Origin: an uncultured Acidobacteriota bacterium
Lineage (GTDB): Bacteria > Acidobacteriota > Thermoanaerobaculia > Multivoradales > UBA5704
NCBI GenBank assembly: GCA_963770895.1
Contig: CAVYRF010000001.1
Location: 544,001-608,000, forward strand
Direction of reading: 5' to 3'
Length of the DNA stretch: 64,000 nucleotides
In this document: piece after piece, positions 27,905 to 36,064 of the stretch
Position numbering within the stretch: the stretch's first letter is position 1
How the letters are laid out: each line of letters starts with the position of its first letter
Translations under genes and position numbers: made by a program
The notes under the pieces: generated by a model
What the model was told of the DNA's origin: nothing
Seen by the model: the letters and a program-made list of their open reading frames with translations, nothing else
Database searches by the model: none

Positions 27905-30801
27905 GGAGCGCGGCGCTCGCGGGCGATGCGGCCGCCGGCCAGCCGCAGCCGGCGCCACCCGCGCCCCTGCCACAGCTCGGCGGCCAGCCGGCGTTCGGCG
28001 GCAAGCAGCCGGGCGAAGTGGGAATCGGGGAGGGCGGCGAGGTCGCGCGGCGCGCCCTGCTCGACGATCCTGCCGGCGGCCAGGACCAGCACGCGGTCGA
28101 AGGCCAGGGCCTGGCCCACGTCGTGGGTGGCGCAGAGCAGGGTGCACGCCGCCCAGCGCCGGCGGGCGGCGGCCAGCAGGCGCGCGCGTTGCGCGCTGTC
28201 GAGGCCGCGAAACGGCTCGTCGAGCAGCGCCAGGCGGACGGCGCCGCGGGCGCAGGCGCGGCCGAAGCGCACGCGTTGCGCCTCGCCGGCGGCAAGCCGG
28301 CCGCCGCCCGCGCCCACACCCTCGCCCACCACCGTCGCCAGGCCGGAGGGCAGGCGCAGCGCCAGCTCCACCAGCTCGGCCTGCCGCAGCGTGTCGCCGG
28401 CGACGGTGGGGGCGCCCGCGGGGCTGCCGTAGATGAGGTTTTCCGCCAGCGAGCTGCGCCACAGCCGCACCTCGGGGGACACCCACGCCGTGGCGCGCCG
28501 CAGCGCGTCAAGCTCCGGCGGCAGGCCGTCGATCCGCAGCTCGCCCGCGCTCGCCTCGAACCATCCGAGCAGCAGGCCCAGCAGGGTCGATTTGCCGGCG
28601 CCGGAGGGCCCGACCAGCGCGGTATGGCTGCCGGGCGCAAGGTCCAGGTCGATCCCCGCCAGCAGCGAGCATCCGCCCAGTTCCACGATCAGCCCGCGCG
28701 CCTGAATGGCGACGCCGGGTGACCTGGCGCCTGCCCCGGCGCCGGCGTCCCCGCTTGTGTCCGGTGCCGGAGGGGGAGGGTGGATGGCCGGATGGTGGAC
28801 CGGCTGGCCGGCTGCCGGGGGCGCCTCCAGCTCGTCGCTGACCAGCGGTTCGAGCAGGCGGCGGGCCTGGTTGCGCAGCGCCGGCAGGCGCGCCGTCGCG
28901 GCGTCGCCCAGGCGCTGGCCCAGGCCGGCGATCTGCGACAGCCACAGGACGAGCAGCGGCGTGCCGGCGTCCAGGCCGTGGCGGGCCGCGTGGCGCAGCA
29001 CCATGGCGGTGCTCACGCCGGCGATCGCCCCCTGCGCCGCCAGCTCGCAAAGGGCGGCCCGCGCCGCCAGCCGCTCGTGCGCACGCGTCCATGCGGCCAG
29101 CAACTCGCCGTGCTGGCGCGTGACCGCAGCCTGGGCGCCGTGAGCGCGGATCGCGGCCCGCCCGGCGGCGGCATCGCGCCACGCCGTGTCGAGCGCCGCC
29201 GCGGCGCGGTGGCAGTCCTCCTCGCAATCGCGCAGGCCGGCCGCCGCCCCCGCCAGCAGCGGCAGCACGAGCACCGCCGCGGCGGCCGCCACCGCCAGCG
29301 GCGTCCCCGCCGGGTCGAGCCAGACGATCGCCGCCGTCGCCAGCGCCAGCTCCAGCGCCCCCCGCGCCACCTCGGCGGCAAGCTCGGGAGCGCGGCGCAC
29401 CAAATGGATGCCAAAGGCGCGCCGCGCCAGGTCGGCCGTCAGCCGGCTGGCAAAATAACTGTCGGCCAGCTGTCCCAGCCGCCGCCGCCAGAGCATGCCC
29501 AGCAGCGTCTCCAGCCGCCGCCCCAAAAGCGCCGCGCCGGCGGCGATCGCCGTTTCGGCCAGCAGCAGCGCCAGGCAAAGGGCGACCGGAATGACCAGCA
29601 CGTCGCGCCGCAGCCAGCCGGAACCCAGGGCCGGGATCACCTCGGCGGTGCGCCACAGCACCGCCGGCTCCGCCACCGCGGCGACGCTCGCCACCGCCAA
29701 GGCGATGGTCGCGGCGACCGCCGCAGCCGTGACCGCGGTTCCTGCCACCGGCGCCTGGCCCGTCATTAATACTGTGGCGAGGTGTCGCAACGGACGGGCC
29801 AGGGGATCGCTATACGTCCGGCTGGCGGGCAGGTCGGATGCGGCAGCCGCCGCCGCTGTCGCCGAGGTACTGCGCACGGTCACCAGGACCGCACCGCGGA
29901 CGGCCAGCAGCGGCTCGCCCGCGGCGCCAGATGGCTCTGCGTTGCCGGGCGCCCCGGGCGGGGCCGGCGAGGCCGCCTTCGCCGCCGCTGCCACCGGCCG
30001 CGCCGGCTGGCGGGCGCTGTCGTCGCCGGACAGCGCCGGCATCACGAACCAGCATCGGATGGGGATTCCGTACAGCGCGGGTGCGGTGGCTGGAGCGGCG
30101 GAGGCCAGGGCGGTCAGGGCCTGCAAGGCGCTGCCGGCCGCGGCGCCGCGCCGCAGGCCGCCGTCGCGGCAGAGCTGTGCGACGTGGCGCGCGGCCGCGT
30201 CCAGGGCGGCGATCGGCAGCCAGCCGGGGTGTGCCAGCGCCGCCGCGATGGCCCGCCGTGCCGCCGGGGCGCCGATCCCCAGCGCCGCCAGGCGCGCCGC
30301 CAGCGGCGCGGTGAAATCGTCGGTTGCCGCCCATGCACGCCAGGCCGCGGCCGGCACCTCCGCACGGTGCACGTACAGGTGCTCCAGCAAGCGGCTCGCC
30401 GGCGGCCAGCGGCGGCCGCGCGCCGGGTCCATCACCTGCGTGCGTCCGTACCCGCTGCGCCAGAGGACGACGAAGTGGGTGAGATGCGGCCCCTGGCGCA
30501 CCACCGCCACCGCCGGCAATGTCTGCGCCTCCGGCTGCAGCACGTGATCGACCGGCACCAGCACCTGCCGCGCCTCCAGCCCGTATCGGCGTGCCACCTG
30601 CTCCAGGACGTCGGTGGAGCTGCCGTCGCGGCCGACCGCGCACTGCCGCCGCAGCCGCTGGCGGTCCGCCGCGACGCCGTAGCCGCCCAGCAGCGCCTGC
30701 AAAGCCGCCGGCCCGCAGTCCAGCGCCGACGCCTGCATCACCACCGGCACCAACCGCTTGCGCCGGCGCCGGGCGCCAAGCTCAGCGTGAGACCCATGCA
30801 T
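27901..30801 (-). CDS. Peptidase C39-containing ABC transporter (PCAT)
   Basis: VMQASALDCGPAAL (Cys), THFVVL (His), VMDPARG (Asp); TMD; GPSGAGKST, signature LAAGE, LALLDEP, ATHD. Confidence 0.88.
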   Translation of the reverse strand: MHGSHAELGARRRRKRLVPVVMQASALDCGPAALQALLGGYGVAADRQRLRRQCAVGRDGSSTDVLEQVARRYGLEARQVLVPVDHVLQPEAQTLPAVAVVRQGPHLTHFVVLWRSGYGRTQVMDPARGRRWPPASRLLEHLYVHRAEVPAAAWRAWAATDDFTAPLAARLAALGIGAPAARRAIAAALAHPGWLPIAALDAAARHVAQLCRDGGLRRGAAAGSALQALTALASAAPATAPALYGIPIRCWFVMPALSGDDSARQPARPVAAAAKAASPAPPGAPGNAEPSGAAGEPLLAVRGAVLVTVRSTSATAAAAAASDLPASRTYSDPLARPLRHLATVLMTGQAPVAGTAVTAAAVAATIALAVASVAAVAEPAVLWRTAEVIPALGSGWLRRDVLVIPVALCLALLLAETAIAAGAALLGRRLETLLGMLWRRRLGQLADSYFASRLTADLARRAFGIHLVRRAPELAAEVARGALELALATAAIVWLDPAGTPLAVAAAAAVLVLPLLAGAAAGLRDCEEDCHRAAAALDTAWRDAAAGRAAIRAHGAQAAVTRQHGELLAAWTRAHERLAARAALCELAAQGAIAGVSTAMVLRHAARHGLDAGTPLLVLWLSQIAGLGQRLGDAATARLPALRNQARRLLEPLVSDELEAPPAAGQPVHHPAIHPPPPAPDTSGDAGAGAGARSPGVAIQARGLIVELGGCSLLAGIDLDLAPGSHTALVGPSGAGKSTLLGLLLGWFEASAGELRIDGLPPELDALRRATAWVSPEVRLWRSSLAENLIYGSPAGAPTVAGDTLRQAELVELALRLPSGLATVVGEGVGAGGGRLAAGEAQRVRFGRACARGAVRLALLDEPFRGLDSAQRARLLAAARRRWAACTLLCATHDVGQALAFDRVLVLAAGRIVEQGAPRDLAALPDSHFARLLAAERRLAAELWQGRGWRRLRLAGGRIARERRAP

Positions 30802-32044
30802 GGTCAGGGGAAACGAGACCGCGCCAAAGAACGGCGATCGGCGCCTGGCGTCCCACCTCGATTTCGAGCGCGGCAAGGCCTTCGCCGTGCCGCAGGGGCG
30901 GCGCGGCCGGCGGCGTGGCCTGGCGCGAGCTGCCTGACGCGACCAGGGCGAGCTCGACGCGCAGGCCGCCGTCGTGTGCCTCGCCGGCCACGGCGGTGAC
31001 GGCGGCCGGCACGCCGCGGCAGCCCGGCGGCGGGCAGCGGCGCGGCCAGAAGAGAGCAGGTTGCCCGGCACGGACCCGCCCCAGGGCGCCGGCGTCCAGA
31101 GTGCCGACAATCTTCAGTGGGCCCGCCGGTACCAGCACGGCCAGCGGCTGGCCGGCCGCCACCGTGGAGCCGGCCGGCAGCGCCGCGACGGTGGCCAGCA
31201 GGCCGTCGCACGGCGCGCGCAGGCGCAGGCGTTCCAGCTGGGCCGCCCAGCGGGCGGCGCCCGCCGCCGCCACGGCAGCCTCGCCGCGCACGGCGGCCAG
31301 CTGCCGCTCCAGCTCGGCCACGGCCGCCGCCCGCGTCATGCTTGCGCCCTGGTCCTGGAGCTCGCGACGCCGGCCGGCGGCGGTCGCCGCCAGCGCCGCC
31401 TGCCGGCGCTCCTCGGCCTCGGTGCGCGCCTGCGCCAGTGCCGCGTCCGGCGCCAGGCCAAGCGCTTGCAGCTGCGCCGAGCGGGCGGCGCGATCCGCCG
31501 CCAGGCCGGCTGCCGCCGCCGCTTCCGCCGTGGCCGCCGCGGCTTGCGCCGCCGCCGCGCGGCTCTCCATCCGGCCGCTGCGCTCGCCGCCGCCGGCTGC
31601 CGCCAGCTGCCGCGCCAAGGCGGCGGCCTGCGCCGCGCACGATGCGGCGCGGGCGGCGTCCTGCCTCCAGGCGGCGAGCAGCTCGGGCGGCGGCTCCAGC
31701 TGGACCAGCACGTCGCCCGCCCGCACCGTCGCGCCCAGCCGCAGGGCGGTGGCGCCGATCCGAGCCGTCGCCGCGGCGACCAGCTCCAGCGCACCCGCGG
31801 CGGCTTCCACGTGGGCTTCGGACGCCTGTTCGACCTGGGGCGCCGGCAGCACCGCCACGACGCCGGCCGCCGCCAGGCAGAGCACCGCCGCCAAAGCGAG
31901 CAGCAGCGCCCGCCACGCCGGCCGGCGCTCCGCCGCCAGCGCGTCGAGCGTCGCCGGGAATGCAAGAGTCGGCGTCGTTGCCGCCGCCGCCGCCGTGCGG
32001 CGCCTGGCGCGGCGACCGCCGCCCGCGTGCCGATGCATCCCCAT
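30782..32044 (-). CDS. HlyD-family membrane fusion protein
   Basis: One N-terminal TM; lipoyl half-motifs LGATVRAGDVLVQL and LRAPCDGLLA...GSTVAAGQPLAVLVP flanking a coiled coil; TAGACT box 8 nt upstream of ATG 32044. Confidence 0.85.
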   Translation of the reverse strand: MGMHRHAGGGRRARRRTAAAAATTPTLAFPATLDALAAERRPAWRALLLALAAVLCLAAAGVVAVLPAPQVEQASEAHVEAAAGALELVAAATARIGATALRLGATVRAGDVLVQLEPPPELLAAWRQDAARAASCAAQAAALARQLAAAGGGERSGRMESRAAAAQAAAATAEAAAAAGLAADRAARSAQLQALGLAPDAALAQARTEAEERRQAALAATAAGRRRELQDQGASMTRAAAVAELERQLAAVRGEAAVAAAGAARWAAQLERLRLRAPCDGLLATVAALPAGSTVAAGQPLAVLVPAGPLKIVGTLDAGALGRVRAGQPALFWPRRCPPPGCRGVPAAVTAVAGEAHDGGLRVELALVASGSSRQATPPAAPPLRHGEGLAALEIEVGRQAPIAVLWRGLVSPDHAWVSR

Positions 32045-32149
32045 CGCGCGCCAGTCTAGGGACGGTGCACCCGGAACAGAGGGACCCAGCGCAAGGTCCT
32101 CTCGATCGCACCTCCGGCGGCGCCCAGATCCGCCGCAACGGTTGCCCGT

Positions 32150-32270
32150 CGCCAGGGGTGGCTGGCGCCGTCGCGATCCACCGTCCAGGTCGCCCGCCGC
32201 CAGGGGGGCGTCGTCGTCGCGATCTGCTGCCCCAGGTAGCCGCCAGGGATCGCCGTCGCTGTCGCGATCT
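32150..32270. repeat. Three imperfect ~45-bp direct repeats (CGCCAGGG...GTCGCGATC) in the divergent spacer
   Basis: CGCCAGGG at 32150, 32198, 32241; GTCGCGATC at 32170, 32216, 32261. Confidence 0.7.
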
Positions 32271-32454
32271 GCCGCTGCGGCCGCCGCCGCATGGTCGCCC
32301 TCGCCGCGCGCTCGGTCGCCGCCGCCCGCCGTCGCCGGGGCGCCCACCTCGGTCCCGCCCTCGATCCGCCGCGCCTCGCGCCTAGCCTTCGCCCGTGGGC
32401 ACCGGCCGGCCTGATCGCGAGCCGCCCAGGCGGCGCGAAAGGAGGTGAGCGACC

Positions 32455-32508
32455 ATGCCGATCCAGCTCAACGTGAAAGCCGGTTTGAAGGCCGAGCGCG
32501 TCCAGTGA
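32455..32508 (+). CDS. 17-aa micro-ORF MPIQLNVKAGLKAERVQ, candidate PCAT substrate
   Basis: AAAGGAGGTGA Shine-Dalgarno at 32438-32448, ATG 32455, TGA 32506-32508; divergent from the HlyD-PCAT operon. Confidence 0.7.
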   Translation: MPIQLNVKAGLKAERVQ

Positions 32509-32588
32509 ACCGAGCCCCCACCCGCCGCGCATGACCGCCGGCCGGTGCCCACGCCCGCCCGCCCCAGCCGGTCCGGTCCGGCCGGCCG

Positions 32589-32608
32589 CATTTTCACGCG
32601 TGAAAATG
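32589..32608. promoter_or_regulatory. Perfect 20-bp palindrome CATTTTCACGCGTGAAAATG, copy 2
   Basis: Same 18-bp core as 13554-13571; lies between the micro-ORF and the 3' end of a ZAS-TPR gene. Confidence 0.7.
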
Positions 32609-32640
32609 GCCCGCCGCCGGCGCCACCGCCGGCCGGCCGT

Positions 32641-34080
32641 CTATGGCTCGATCCGAAACGGCGGCGCGGCGGCGGGGAACGGCAGCGAGCGGCGCCAGGC
32701 GCGGCGGAAGTACAGCGCCATGTCGCGGGTGAGCGCCTGGGCGCGCTCGGCTTGCCCCGCGGCGGCTTCCATCAGCAGCAACCAGGCGGCGATGCCTTCG
32801 GTGTGCATCCGCCAGTGGCGCAGGATGGCGTGGAAGGTCTTGAGCAGCCGGATGGCGTGGCGGCTCTTGCCCTGGGCGATGTAGGTTTCGGCCAGGTCGA
32901 GGCTGACCAGGGTCAGCTCCTGGTGAAAGCCGGCCTGGCGGAATTGGTGCCAGACCGCCACCAGCCCGCGCTCGGCGGCGGGGAGCTGGCCCAGCTGGCG
33001 GCAGATTCGCGCCTCCAGCCAGGGCAGCAGCAGGCGCGGCTGGCTGTCGCCCAGCTGGCGGTAGAGCGGCCGGGAGCGTTCCAGCAGGTCGAGCGCCTGC
33101 CAGCTATGGCCGCTGTCGTTGAGGAACCAGATGTAGGCGTGGCGCGCCGCAAGCTCCAGCTGGGGCTCGCGGCTGGGGTCGATCAGCGCCAGGGCGCGCT
33201 TGGCCAGGGCGGCCCCTTTCAGGGAGTCCGCGTAGCCGACCGCGAGCGCCATCTTCTGCAGGGTGCGGCCCTCAAGGTGACCGTCGCGGCACAGCCGGTA
33301 GATCGCCGCCGCCGGCCGCAGCAGATCGGCGGTGCCATCCAGGTCTCCCAGGCTGAACCGCAGGTTGGCCGCGACGCGCAGCAGCGCGGCGTGTTCCAGC
33401 GGTTCGCCGGTGCCTTCTTCCAGCGCCTCCCAGGCCCGCTCCAGGGTTGCGCCCGCGGCTTCCAGCTGGTCGTCGAGGCGCAGCGTGTCGGCCAGCGCGC
33501 CCAACGCGCGAGCGTGCAGGTCGTTGGCCAGTCCGGCTGGGTAGACGCCGGCCGGCAGCAGCTGGTGGACGATCGCCAGCGCCAGCCGGCAGGCCTCCAG
33601 GCCGCGGCCGGTGTCGCGCCAGTGGTATTCGCCGGCGGTGGCGAGCAGCCGATGCACGATGCGGTGGTTGCGGTAGCGCGGATCGCTCTGCACCCGCGGC
33701 AGGCGCTGCGCCGGCGGCGTGCCCTCCAGGATGGCCCACAGCGAGGTGGCTTCCAGCTCCGCGGCGCGGATGGTGGCCAGGCCGGCGGCGCTCAGCTCCA
33801 GGCTGGACGTGAACGCCGCGTCGTAGACGGCGGGAGTGCCGCCCTCGTCAGCGCCGCCGGCGCCGCCAGCCGTGGCGCCGGCGCCGCCAGCGCGGCGGAG
33901 ATGGCGGCCCAGGCTCCGCACCTGACCGCGGGCGCCGCGTATGTAGCTCCAGCACGGATCGCAAAAGGTGGCGAGGTGCGCGATGACCTGCCTTTTCGCG
34001 CTCTCGTGCAGGGTGCCGTCGAGGAGCTGGTCCATGGTCTGCACATCGGGATGGCTGAGATCGTGGCGGTCGAGGGGCAC
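32641..34080 (-). CDS. zf-HC2 (ZAS) + TPR protein (paralog 3), divergent from the ECF sigma
   Basis: Likely GTG 34080; SHPDVQTMDQLLDGTLHESAKRQVIAHLATFCDPC; DLHARALGALADTLRL, EGTGEPLE, LIDPSREPQLEL, PWLEARICRQLG, VSLDLAETY. Confidence 0.85.
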   Translation of the reverse strand: MPLDRHDLSHPDVQTMDQLLDGTLHESAKRQVIAHLATFCDPCWSYIRGARGQVRSLGRHLRRAGGAGATAGGAGGADEGGTPAVYDAAFTSSLELSAAGLATIRAAELEATSLWAILEGTPPAQRLPRVQSDPRYRNHRIVHRLLATAGEYHWRDTGRGLEACRLALAIVHQLLPAGVYPAGLANDLHARALGALADTLRLDDQLEAAGATLERAWEALEEGTGEPLEHAALLRVAANLRFSLGDLDGTADLLRPAAAIYRLCRDGHLEGRTLQKMALAVGYADSLKGAALAKRALALIDPSREPQLELAARHAYIWFLNDSGHSWQALDLLERSRPLYRQLGDSQPRLLLPWLEARICRQLGQLPAAERGLVAVWHQFRQAGFHQELTLVSLDLAETYIAQGKSRHAIRLLKTFHAILRHWRMHTEGIAAWLLLMEAAAGQAERAQALTRDMALYFRRAWRRSLPFPAAAPPFRIEP

Positions 34081-34252
34081 GGTCGGGTTACCTCGCTTCT
34101 GGTCTCGATGGGCCGGGATGCCGGCTACAGATCTAGTTACCGGGTGGAGGCATTTTGGGACAGGAAAATCGGCTCTCGCGGGCGCGGCGCCGCCGCCGCA
34201 GGCTAGCTCTTGTGCAATACGTGCAAGTACTCTACACTCCCTTGAGCGAACT

Positions 34253-34795
34253 GTGAGCGAACGCCCAATTCTGCCGCCTGCGTCGCCGGCTGGGGATCGT
34301 CCCACCGAGCGGGAGCTATTGGCCGTCCTCGGCCGCGTCAAGCCGGCCTTGCGCGCTCTGTTCTGGACCCAGAACGTCGGACCGGCGGACGCCGAAGACA
34401 TCGTGCAGGAGGCGCTCGTCGTGCTGGTCAAGCGGTGGGCAGGCGTCGACGACCCGGCCGGCTTCCTGATGGGCACGGTCAAAAAGCGGCTGCAAACTCA
34501 TTTCCGCCGCCGGCGCAGCGACCGGTCGGTGCCCCTCGACGCCGCGGACCTGGAGCGGGCCGGTGCCGGGCCGCCGCCGCAGCGCCAGGTCGAATGCCGC
34601 CAGGACGCGCGCAAGCTCCTGGCCCGGCTGCCGGAACGCTCGAGCCAGATCGTCGGCATGCGCTACGGCGAAGAGCTGTCCCCGCGCGAAATCGCGCAGG
34701 AGCAGGGCGGCTCCGAAAGCGGCGTGCGCAAGACCGCCAACCGCGGCCTGCGGCGCCTGCGGCACCTGGTCAAGGCTGGCCGGTCTGGCGCCTGA
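34253..34795 (+). CDS. ECF-type RNA polymerase sigma factor
   Basis: Region 2 DAEDIVQEALVVLVKRW...DPAGFL; region 4 LLARLPERSSQIVGMRYGEELSPREIAQEQGGSESGVRK...RGLRRL. Start approximate. Confidence 0.88.
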   Translation: MSERPILPPASPAGDRPTERELLAVLGRVKPALRALFWTQNVGPADAEDIVQEALVVLVKRWAGVDDPAGFLMGTVKKRLQTHFRRRRSDRSVPLDAADLERAGAGPPPQRQVECRQDARKLLARLPERSSQIVGMRYGEELSPREIAQEQGGSESGVRKTANRGLRRLRHLVKAGRSGA

Positions 34796-34806
34796 GGATC
34801 GTCCGC

Positions 34807-35244
34807 ATGGCAGGCAAGGGCACCACCGTTCAGATCGCCACCGCGGACATGGTGTTTTTGAGCCGCCGCGGCGCGCGCTCGCACCGCGGCGGCGGCACCT
34901 TCAGCCGCAGCGTCGTGCTGCACCGGTCGCTGCAGGCGTTGCGCGACGTCCTGGATCGCTCCGACCCGCGTCTGACCCGCGGCATGTCGCAGGAAATGCA
35001 CCGGCTGATCGCCCGCCTGCTGCCCGAGCCGTGGGCGCTCAAGGTGTTCGAGGTGGAGCAGATGTCGACGCTGCTGGCGCGCGTGCCGGCCTTCGCCGCG
35101 GCGGCGGCCGACGCCGGAGTGGACCCCGACGCTCTGCTGACGCTGGTATCGCAGCTCAACTTCAGCGAGAAGATGGCCCTGGTCGACCATGCGCTGCAGG
35201 AGCAGGCACCGGCGGCGGCCGCGGCGATGCCCGAAGAGGCGTGA
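34807..35244 (+). CDS. Hypothetical protein, possible N-terminal ribbon-helix-helix
   Basis: ATG 11 nt after the sigma stop; TTVQIATADMVFL...FSRSVVLHRSL strand-helix-helix pattern; coding-like codon usage. Confidence 0.6.
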   Translation: MAGKGTTVQIATADMVFLSRRGARSHRGGGTFSRSVVLHRSLQALRDVLDRSDPRLTRGMSQEMHRLIARLLPEPWALKVFEVEQMSTLLARVPAFAAAAADAGVDPDALLTLVSQLNFSEKMALVDHALQEQAPAAAAAMPEEA

Positions 35245-35419
35245 TCCCGTGGCAGCGTCCACGGAATATGGCGCTGCAGCATCGCGCAATGCATCGTTGA
35301 TGCCGAAGGAGCCATGTAAAGCCGCATCGATGGTCAATGTGGCTGAAAAGATGGCTATCGCGTTGCCGTAAAGTGCGCTATCATTCCGCGAAACTGAAGG
35401 GAGAGGTTCGAAAAGTCAT

Positions 35420-35947
35420 ATGAAAAAGTCAAGACGCCAAACTGGAACATGGGAAGAAGGCGGCGGGTCGGGCAACCCCCGCGACCTGTCCAAGGCGGAA
35501 GGTGCGCGCATCACTGCGATGCTGCAGTCGGCCATTCGGCTCTCCAACCTCACCTATCGCGACGTCGAGCGCGAGCTGGGCTGGAGCGTCGGCACCATCA
35601 CCCGCCTGATGCGCGGTGGGCTTGAATTCAAGTTGAAGCACCTGTTGAGCATTTTGCGCGTCATCCACTTCTCGCCGGCCAGGCTGCTCGCGGTGGCCTA
35701 TCCGTTCACGCGCGGCGAGAACCCCGGCGAAGACCGCCTGCAGCGGCTGCTCGAAAACATGCACGGCGAACCCGACTCGTGGGAAAAGGTCGTGCCGCAG
35801 GCGATGGCGCCGGCCGCTGCCGCGACGCAGCGGCCCAAGCAGGCCGTGACCCAGGAAGACGTCGACTCGATGGTCATGGTTTCGCTGCGCAAGCTGATCC
35901 GCGGCGTCGAAGGCCGCGCCGAAGGCGCCGGCGGCGACAAGGATTAG
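35420..35947 (+). CDS. XRE-family HTH regulator (paralog of 17694-18125)
   Basis: LQSAIRLSNLTYRDVERELGWSVGTITRLMRGGLEFKLKHLLSILRVIHFSP; GGGAGAGG upstream. Confidence 0.85.
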   Translation: MKKSRRQTGTWEEGGGSGNPRDLSKAEGARITAMLQSAIRLSNLTYRDVERELGWSVGTITRLMRGGLEFKLKHLLSILRVIHFSPARLLAVAYPFTRGENPGEDRLQRLLENMHGEPDSWEKVVPQAMAPAAAATQRPKQAVTQEDVDSMVMVSLRKLIRGVEGRAEGAGGDKD

Positions 35948-36064
35948 CCGCACCGCCGGCGATCCGGCGCTGCACCGGATCGCCGGCGCCAGCCGTCCAC
36001 CGCCGGCCGGCACCCGCCCGCCTGCAAAATATTGCCGGCGCGGCCCCCTCTTCGCCCGCGCGCC

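Noticed and set aside
32150-32270. CRISPR array (also considered for 2681-2760 and 17624-17695)
   Set aside because: No identical 23-47-bp repeats separated by unique spacers, and no cas genes in the window.
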